Below, in pieces: positions 56,863-64,000 of a stretch of DNA of 64,000 nucleotides. Position numbers and translations under genes: made by a program. How positions within the stretch are numbered: the first letter of the stretch is position 1; the number at the start of each line of letters is the position of its first letter. The notes below the pieces were generated by a model that saw nothing but the letters and a program-made list of their open reading frames with translations, had not been told where the DNA came from and made no database searches. Origin of the DNA: Tetramitus jugosus (taxonomy: Eukaryota > Protista > Heterolobosea); NCBI GenBank assembly GCA_937625935.1, contig OW569395.1, positions 62,001 through 126,000 on the forward strand. The letters are read 5' to 3'.

Positions 56863-59800
56863 ATGACAAGGTGGTTCTTCAAGATGATGACCAATAAGAA
56901 TGCCAACAAGAATCGTTTATCATTGTTCAATACAACCCTAGTGGTGGCAATGATGATAATTTTATGCGTCATGAGTTCCATCAATCATAATGGCATGGTG
57001 CATGCGTATGAACTTGCTTGTGCAAAAAAGAGTGGAATAATAGAGTTGGGCAAGTGTTATTACCATGCAGAGAAGGCAGTCAAGAGAGATCCCTTGGAAG
57101 GACATAACTTTTGTCAAAATCTAGGATATCAAGGATTGTTACAGATTAACAATCATATTGAAGCTCAGTACATGATTGAAACTTATGATGTGTGGACTGG
57201 TATTCAAAAGAGAAGAGACAATGCTTGGATTCAGATGAACAATTTGCAAGTTGCGAGTTGGTTAGAATTTTCGCCACCAGACACTACGGATGGCCCAGCT
57301 TATGCATTGTACGATACGACAGGAAACTTGACTGCTGTACCTAGTGCCTCTGTGTCTCCAATGAGAGTGACTTGTGAATCAATGGTGGAAGAAGAATGTC
57401 ACCGTTTGGGAGCAGAGACAGTGCTCGGGAAGTGTGTGACACTGGTTCCTGAACTTGCAGCATACCCCAATTGTCCAGATCGATGCCATAGCATTAATAG
57501 TCTCTTCAGGCCAATTCAAATCCTTACTGAAAACGAGAGGGACCTCTTTAGCGCCAAGTTGGAGTTTGAAACGGTTTGGCTCGATCAATCCATATCAGAC
57601 AGTCTCTACAAGTTCCGGAACGGTATTCAGTCAACATACAATCCCGGTCTTTTTCCCTACCTAGCACCACAGGATTATCGTGAAGTTCTTATGTTTCCGA
57701 ATGGTACCTATGAGTACGCAATCGGTGAGGCTACTAATGCTTTCTGTGCCTGTGAGAGAGTAATCTCCGAGGAGTGCCAGAAGCAATATGGTTATTACTT
57801 TTCTGGGAGATGTTTTCGATATGTGACTGATCCACTGAACTCATTTGATGCGAAAGCTTATTGTGGTGCTTTGGGATTCGACACGGTGGCTGTTGCCAAC
57901 AATTTTGATGATATCAGCTTTTTGTATGACATGTCTTCAAACAAAACAGCCAATCAATATTTAGTAAGAGTTACCAATGATACAACAGCCCTAAATGCTG
58001 GACAGTTAGATGGAGGAAGCTTGGTAGCTGTCTCAAGCACTGATCTTCTTCCATTTATTTGTCAAATGAAATTTAAATGCTTTGGGAAGAATAGTACAGA
58101 TGCAGGGGTTTGTGGTGGACGAGGTAGATGTGTGGGAAACAATCAATGCCTATGCAATGATCCAAATGTGGTTGGAGATGAATGTACAGCCAAGGAGAGA
58201 TACCCTTTTGAAGCTCAGAGGTTAAATGCCGATGTGAACCTTCAGGAGTATGATATTCGTTCTGCCGTTGTCAGAAATAATGTGGTCTATTTTGCAGCGA
58301 ATCATACAATTTATGAAGCGCATAAGGACTTGGATCAAGTGACTGTGTTTCCTCTTTTGAACAATGGATCATCTTTTACTGGTAATTTTGAATTTGATTT
58401 GATAGCGACGAGCAAACCCTATGGATTAGCAGTGGGACCTGATCAGATTTTATACACATCAGATCTAGATTATGCTCTGGTGAGAGGAATTAACTTTGAC
58501 ACTGAAATGATTGATATTGTCGTTAATCATGATTTGACTACTGCAAACGGCATTGCGGTCAGCAGTCAATCAATTTATGTGTCAGATGGTACTTTTGTCA
58601 AGCAATTTGATCTCTTGTCCGGCAATCTCACTTCAACTGATCTTGAAGTACCTGGTGATACTCCATTGGTATTTTGTCATGGCAAGTTATTTTTCTCCAG
58701 TGAGGGAGATATCACTGTTTATGAGGAACAGTCACAGAGTACTCGTTCGTTAGCTACCGGTGTCAATACTGGTCAACATTTTACTGTTGATCCAGTTTCT
58801 GGTGCTTTGTTTCTCTATTCATCTTCATCCATTCTCTCCTTCTCTACGAATGGAATGCAGAGAAGTCTCATTGCAAGCGGTCTCGACAGCGCCCTAAGTT
58901 ATACAAGCAAAATTACTATCAATGATATCAAAGCAATGGCACTCGATCAATCCTACCTCACTGTGCTGAGTAACACCGGCTATACAGAGGTGAAGTTCAG
59001 ATGTGAACCTGGATTCCAAGAACCAGAGTGTGTGGTTCCTCTTTGCTTTGGAGTACCTGCGACAGAAGAAACAGTGTGTAATTCCAGAGGTACTTGTATA
59101 GCGCCTGATGTGTGCATATGTAATAACAAGGATTTCGATGCCAGAGATTGCAGTGGAGAAGCAGGTATACTTACAGGCGCGACAGTATCTCTCCTCAAAG
59201 ACAACACTGTGGGAGCTATTGGAGGTGCTCTAGACATTGTGGAGAATTCATTTTTGTACTATTGTGACGCAAGTAACAACATCATGTTTTTGAATAGAAT
59301 TACTGGAGCAGTGGAAGTGCTAGCAACTCCCGGTTATCCATGTAATAGTATCACACCAACCAAGAATCAAACTATTTACCTTGTTTCATTTAACTCTTGG
59401 ATTGGGGAGTTGGATATTATCGCAAAGAATGTGACAGTTATCGCTGGAATCCAAGGAGTACCAGGAAACGTTGATGGATATTCGGATACATCTATGGTAG
59501 GTGTCGTGGAAAGTGTGGTGATCGATCCTTATGACAATAATATTGCCTACTTTGCTGATGGAACTGCTGGAACCATTAAGAGGCTCGACTTGAGAACAAC
59601 AAGAGTGACAACTATTACAACAGGTTCCTCTTTGATGATTGGACATGTGTCTGAAGTGTCATATTTTGGAAAATCACTTGGAAGACTAACATTAATCAAG
59701 GATACGCTTGTGTTTTCAGCAAATGCCAAAATGTTTGAATTGTCGTTAAAAGATATGAATATCAAACTCCTGACGACACTCTATCTGGCCCATATCACTG

Positions 59801-62800
59801 AGAATGTTTTGACTGGTGATCTGTACATTTCTGGTGGTGCAAAGAATTATATTGACACTCTATCAGCAGACAAACAATCAACAACGATATTTCTGGGAGA
59901 TCCTAATTCTGGAGATGGAGGTAACGATGTGGCATCTGCGAGATTCAATGATATCAGATCGACACTTTTCGATCAGAAAACAAGAGAACTCATTATCTTC
60001 AGCAAAGGGAATAACCAAATTAGAACTCTGAAATTTGCTTGCGATAAGTATGCTGGTGACCAGTGCGATACAATTTACTGTGCAGGCATTCCTCAAGGTC
60101 ATCCGGATGTCTGTGGGGGCTATGGCTTCTGTGAGTCACAAGATAAATGCACGTGCATTAGAAATTATGGTAGTTGCGTGCATATCTGTCTTAATGACAC
60201 AAGTACTCTTTGCTCAGGTTATGGCACATGTGTTAATGTGAACCAATGTGTTACACCTGATATTACTGTATCAACACCGATCTATTCACCTCCATGCTCC
60301 GACGCAGTTGTCAATGCCTCGATCAACATTCCTGATTACACCTTGACTTGGAAGCTCGTAGATATAACGTTAGTTAACTCAAAGGATCGCACAGCACTTG
60401 AGCTAGCACTTCAGAACGAAAGTGGACCTGTTCTCACTATTCCGAATTTCATGCTCATATATGGTACTGTTGCTACCCTCAACTTAACGATATCTTCGAT
60501 TGCAGGAACTGTATCTCGACTGATTGAACTCCATAAGAATGCATTGCCTGGTGCTAAAATTGTTGCACCAGCTGTTGTGAAGGGTTATGAACAGTTCACC
60601 TTAAATTCTTCAATTGCCAATTTCCCCAGTTGCATAGACACGAGTTATTTGACATATACTTGGAAGATAGATGACATCGTGGTATCAACTGAGTATGCGT
60701 TCATAGTGGAAGCTAAAACACAATTGCCTGGCTATCATACAGTGAAATTGATAACACAAGTATCACAGATGTCATCAGAGAGTGATTTCCAATTTTATGT
60801 GCAGAGACCCTCTCCAATACCAATAATTGTTGGAGGAGATGCTAAGATTACCCAAAACTCTTCATACATTCTCGACGCTTCTTTGAGTTCAGATGATGAG
60901 ATTAGTAGTTTGAAAATGGCAAACTTCACATGGTCATCCGTATCCCTAGATTCATTTGTTGATTGCACTTACATGATCAATGTGACCGAGTCGAATGGTC
61001 AAAAAGCTGTATTCGTCCCAACAATTGTTGGAAACTTCCAGATTTCATTGACAATGAGTAGCGTAGATGGACGAACAGGCATAACCACTGTCAAAATAAC
61101 CGTAGTTTCCCAAGTAATACCCTCTGTCAGACTCGTGGGTAAGAATTCTGTGCTTGGTGCAAGCTTGAAATTAGCATTTGAAGCTGAAGTTCTAACAAAT
61201 GTTAGTATGTCTTCGCTCGAATTCGAATGGATATTATACAATCTAGGTTTAGACAGCTTAACTCCTCCAGCTGTTAACTTGACAAGTCAAGATCTTTTGG
61301 TACCTAGCAACCGACTAAAGAATTTTGTGATAAGACCTAATACTCTGTCGCCAGGTTCCAGCTATCTATTGAAGGTATTTTGCAATATTCGTGGTTCCCC
61401 AGAGAAGTCCTATTCAACTCTCTCGTTCTACATGAGACCACCACCGACAACAACAGATCTAGTTGGTATCACTGCGCTTGTCAATAATAGCACAGTTCAC
61501 GTCGAAGCAGTAGGATGGACTGACAATCCAAACTCTCTTAATCTACAATACGCTTTTGAGTACTATGATTCTCAGACTCAATCTTGGAATATTTTGGCAC
61601 CATTTGGAGATTCATCTGCTGTGGATGCTCAATTCTTTGTTTCAAAGGCCCAAGATGTAACAATCGTTTGTCGGGTGAGGAATATTTTCTATGCCCAAAG
61701 AAAGGTGAACATTACTGTCCACTTAGATCCAAAACCAATACAGAAGGCTGACGTTCAATCTCTTCTTTCTCAAAAGAAGAGTCAATTGCTCAGTGGTAGT
61801 GTGTCATCTGATTTGGGTTTTGTGCTTCTCCAAGTAACAAACTACTATGCACACAGCTCTGAAACCATTGATCCAACAATTGCATTCGATTTGATAGATA
61901 TCATCACTAGAACGATCGATAGCACTTCACAAAAGCCAGAGCAATTCGCAAATCAACAAATGAAGTCCTTGGAGTACCTTTCCGAAAGTGTGAGTGGATA
62001 CAACTATCAGCTTCTCAATCTCACAAAGTATGTTCTTTGGAATTTTGGTGTGGCAGATGTGGATGATATTATCTTGAGTGCAAGTTCTACAATATCTCGA
62101 TTAATTCAATCGAACAATGGCACTAACGACATCAGCTCAATGGCAGTCTCAACTCTCCAGAAATTGACAACTGTTGTATTGAACTCGAAGGAGCCAGATG
62201 AAGAAGCGACTACCTTGTCTACAACGAGTTACACACTGGTTGCTTTCAAAACATACGGAAGCAGTCTTCAAAATGTGTCACTTGAAAGCAATTACTCTTC
62301 GATTCGCTTGCCAGAGAATGTCATATCGAACTCGAATTCCGATTCAGTATTTTCAATGGAGTATTTCACCTATCCTGACCAGCACAGTGCTCTTTGGAAT
62401 ACTGATATTGCAGCCAATATTTCCTCGAGTATCATTTCTGTGAGAATATTGGATGAGTCATTGAGAAAGATTGCAATCGAAGCATCTGAGTCAGATCCAC
62501 TTGTTCTTGTGATCAAAAAGAATAATGAAACATCAACAGATGATGAACTAGCTACATTTACATGCCGATACTATGATGAGACAACAGATTCCGAGTGGGG
62601 TACATATGGTTGTTGGTTGTACAACGAGACTGATGAATATGTGATCTGTCATTGCAATCATACAACCTCATTCGCAGCATTTGTGCAATATTCCAAGAAG
62701 GATCTGGAGAAGCCACTCACAAAGGATACCAAGAACTTGTACTATGCAAGAATTGCATTCAATGCCTTCTTTATGATCATCATTGCGATTTTGGTCGTCT

Positions 62801-64000
62801 TTTTGATTATTGTTCGAAACAGACAGCCAGTCAGATCCAGATTGTTTGCTCCATTGTTCTGCCTGCTTGCATTGTTTATTGAATGTTCATTGCAAGGTGT
62901 TCTGCGTTCGGCACTTCTATCAGTGGATAATCGAGCGAAGATGGTCACTGCAATCAATGTGATTGGTGGAATCATTATCACAATCTCATGCCCTCTCTCA
63001 GTGACAGCCTTGTTCATTTACTTGTGGCAGAATGTTCGATACATGTTGATGAGACAGTATTATGAAATTATGGACTTGTTGGATGGCAAGATTCATTCAT
63101 CTCGATTGGCACAAGTATCCAAGTTGATCATCTCCAAAGCACTTTTCATCGTCTCATGTGTTCTCGTGTTTGTTCCATGCTTCATTTACTTCCTGGTGAT
63201 CTCAACTGTGGGAGGAGTAGAGAGCAGCAAATCTTCCACCACTGCAACTGCATTAACTATTTCAAATGCTGTTGTTTATCTGGGTCTGCTCGCATTGATA
63301 AGTATTGGAATTGTGATCACGTTCCTCTGGGATGCTTCGATTGGCAAGTTGCTCCAACAGAAGAAACTGAGAGCTAATTCTGAAGTAAGAACACCAAAGG
63401 AAACTCCAAAGGATGCACAAGACAAGTTGAAGAAGGTTGTGGAGCCAATTTCGAAACATTTCCTGAAGGATGATCCATTGTTCTTCAGGTTAGACGCCCT
63501 TCTCATCTCTTTCACAGTTTGTTTTGGCTTTGTTTACTTTGCACTTGGGATTGCAGTTCAATATGGAGGAAGCCATCTCCAGAGCACACCTATTCAGATT
63601 GCACTCCTTGTTTTCGAAATTGTATTTGTATTCTTGAGAATCTTTGCATTTGGTGGTGCTCTGGCAATTATTGTGCTTGCCAAATGGAGAAGAACTAACT
63701 TTGATCAGGCTCATTCAGAGATTGTGGATGAAGGAACGATGGAACATGTTTTGCTCGGTTTAATCAAATCAAAGCATGGAAACTTAATATTCAGAGATTA
63801 TTGTGTCAAGGAGTTTGCATTGGAGAATTTGTTGGCCTTCCAAGACTTGGACAAGTTGAAAGCTGATTGGAGTTCTTTGGATGAGGCACACAAGCAAGCA
63901 CGCTTTGATACTTTTTATTCACTCTATGTTCAGTCTGGATCTGATCTGGAAGTCAATATTCCAGGAGTGGTCAGAAAGCAAGTCAATCAGTTGAAACAGG
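56863..64000 (+). CDS. Giant adhesion-type 7TM-RGS receptor, copy 2 (no intron seen in the window; runs off the end)
   Basis: Reading frame from ATG 56863 stays in register to the window end and is colinear with copy 1 (offset 20238 over most of its length). Absent from the ORF track because its stop lies outside the window. Confidence 0.88.
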   Translation, partial: MTRWFFKMMTNKNANKNRLSLFNTTLVVAMMIILCVMSSINHNGMVHAYELACAKKSGIIELGKCYYHAEKAVKRDPLEGHNFCQNLGYQGLLQINNHIEAQYMIETYDVWTGIQKRRDNAWIQMNNLQVASWLEFSPPDTTDGPAYALYDTTGNLTAVPSASVSPMRVTCESMVEEECHRLGAETVLGKCVTLVPELAAYPNCPDRCHSINSLFRPIQILTENERDLFSAKLEFETVWLDQSISDSLYKFRNGIQSTYNPGLFPYLAPQDYREVLMFPNGTYEYAIGEATNAFCACERVISEECQKQYGYYFSGRCFRYVTDPLNSFDAKAYCGALGFDTVAVANNFDDISFLYDMSSNKTANQYLVRVTNDTTALNAGQLDGGSLVAVSSTDLLPFICQMKFKCFGKNSTDAGVCGGRGRCVGNNQCLCNDPNVVGDECTAKERYPFEAQRLNADVNLQEYDIRSAVVRNNVVYFAANHTIYEAHKDLDQVTVFPLLNNGSSFTGNFEFDLIATSKPYGLAVGPDQILYTSDLDYALVRGINFDTEMIDIVVNHDLTTANGIAVSSQSIYVSDGTFVKQFDLLSGNLTSTDLEVPGDTPLVFCHGKLFFSSEGDITVYEEQSQSTRSLATGVNTGQHFTVDPVSGALFLYSSSSILSFSTNGMQRSLIASGLDSALSYTSKITINDIKAMALDQSYLTVLSNTGYTEVKFRCEPGFQEPECVVPLCFGVPATEETVCNSRGTCIAPDVCICNNKDFDARDCSGEAGILTGATVSLLKDNTVGAIGGALDIVENSFLYYCDASNNIMFLNRITGAVEVLATPGYPCNSITPTKNQTIYLVSFNSWIGELDIIAKNVTVIAGIQGVPGNVDGYSDTSMVGVVESVVIDPYDNNIAYFADGTAGTIKRLDLRTTRVTTITTGSSLMIGHVSEVSYFGKSLGRLTLIKDTLVFSANAKMFELSLKDMNIKLLTTLYLAHITENVLTGDLYISGGAKNYIDTLSADKQSTTIFLGDPNSGDGGNDVASARFNDIRSTLFDQKTRELIIFSKGNNQIRTLKFACDKYAGDQCDTIYCAGIPQGHPDVCGGYGFCESQDKCTCIRNYGSCVHICLNDTSTLCSGYGTCVNVNQCVTPDITVSTPIYSPPCSDAVVNASINIPDYTLTWKLVDITLVNSKDRTALELALQNESGPVLTIPNFMLIYGTVATLNLTISSIAGTVSRLIELHKNALPGAKIVAPAVVKGYEQFTLNSSIANFPSCIDTSYLTYTWKIDDIVVSTEYAFIVEAKTQLPGYHTVKLITQVSQMSSESDFQFYVQRPSPIPIIVGGDAKITQNSSYILDASLSSDDEISSLKMANFTWSSVSLDSFVDCTYMINVTESNGQKAVFVPTIVGNFQISLTMSSVDGRTGITTVKITVVSQVIPSVRLVGKNSVLGASLKLAFEAEVLTNVSMSSLEFEWILYNLGLDSLTPPAVNLTSQDLLVPSNRLKNFVIRPNTLSPGSSYLLKVFCNIRGSPEKSYSTLSFYMRPPPTTTDLVGITALVNNSTVHVEAVGWTDNPNSLNLQYAFEYYDSQTQSWNILAPFGDSSAVDAQFFVSKAQDVTIVCRVRNIFYAQRKVNITVHLDPKPIQKADVQSLLSQKKSQLLSGSVSSDLGFVLLQVTNYYAHSSETIDPTIAFDLIDIITRTIDSTSQKPEQFANQQMKSLEYLSESVSGYNYQLLNLTKYVLWNFGVADVDDIILSASSTISRLIQSNNGTNDISSMAVSTLQKLTTVVLNSKEPDEEATTLSTTSYTLVAFKTYGSSLQNVSLESNYSSIRLPENVISNSNSDSVFSMEYFTYPDQHSALWNTDIAANISSSIISVRILDESLRKIAIEASESDPLVLVIKKNNETSTDDELATFTCRYYDETTDSEWGTYGCWLYNETDEYVICHCNHTTSFAAFVQYSKKDLEKPLTKDTKNLYYARIAFNAFFMIIIAILVVFLIIVRNRQPVRSRLFAPLFCLLALFIECSLQGVLRSALLSVDNRAKMVTAINVIGGIIITISCPLSVTALFIYLWQNVRYMLMRQYYEIMDLLDGKIHSSRLAQVSKLIISKALFIVSCVLVFVPCFIYFLVISTVGGVESSKSSTTATALTISNAVVYLGLLALISIGIVITFLWDASIGKLLQQKKLRANSEVRTPKETPKDAQDKLKKVVEPISKHFLKDDPLFFRLDALLISFTVCFGFVYFALGIAVQYGGSHLQSTPIQIALLVFEIVFVFLRIFAFGGALAIIVLAKWRRTNFDQAHSEIVDEGTMEHVLLGLIKSKHGNLIFRDYCVKEFALENLLAFQDLDKLKADWSSLDEAHKQARFDTFYSLYVQSGSDLEVNIPGVVRKQVNQLKQ

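Overview
Gene-dense, intron-poor eukaryotic nuclear DNA with the standard genetic code and short GT-AG introns (mostly GTATGT/GTAAGT donors, about 60-110 nt). Multiple membrane RGS proteins, F-box genes and poly-Q/N tracts suggest a free-living protist, most likely a Naegleria-like heterolobosean (inference). The window has about 25 protein genes, including importin-11, MIOS, DIS3, SENP/Ulp1, histone H3, a PTC7-type phosphatase, proline iminopeptidase, PLD, a subtilase and GT31. It also has two tRNAs, one complete 5S rRNA gene and one truncated, chimeric 5S copy. Most notable: (1) a compact co-oriented trio of trypsin-like pseudo-protease, intact trypsin-like protease and a protein resembling the alpha-hemolysin/leukocidin beta-pore-forming fold, a candidate protease-triggered pore/defence module; (2) two giant C-lectin/EGF/beta-propeller/REJ/GPS-7TM-RGS receptors about 20.2 kb apart, with mosaic identity and a precise intron presence/absence difference (the second is missing from the ORF track); (3) a 5S-headed chimeric Pol III unit; (4) a Cys/His zinc-binding module shared by two otherwise unrelated proteins; (5) a degenerate PARP6/8-like gene visible only after splicing. 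All family calls are by-eye motif recognition; no database searches were run.
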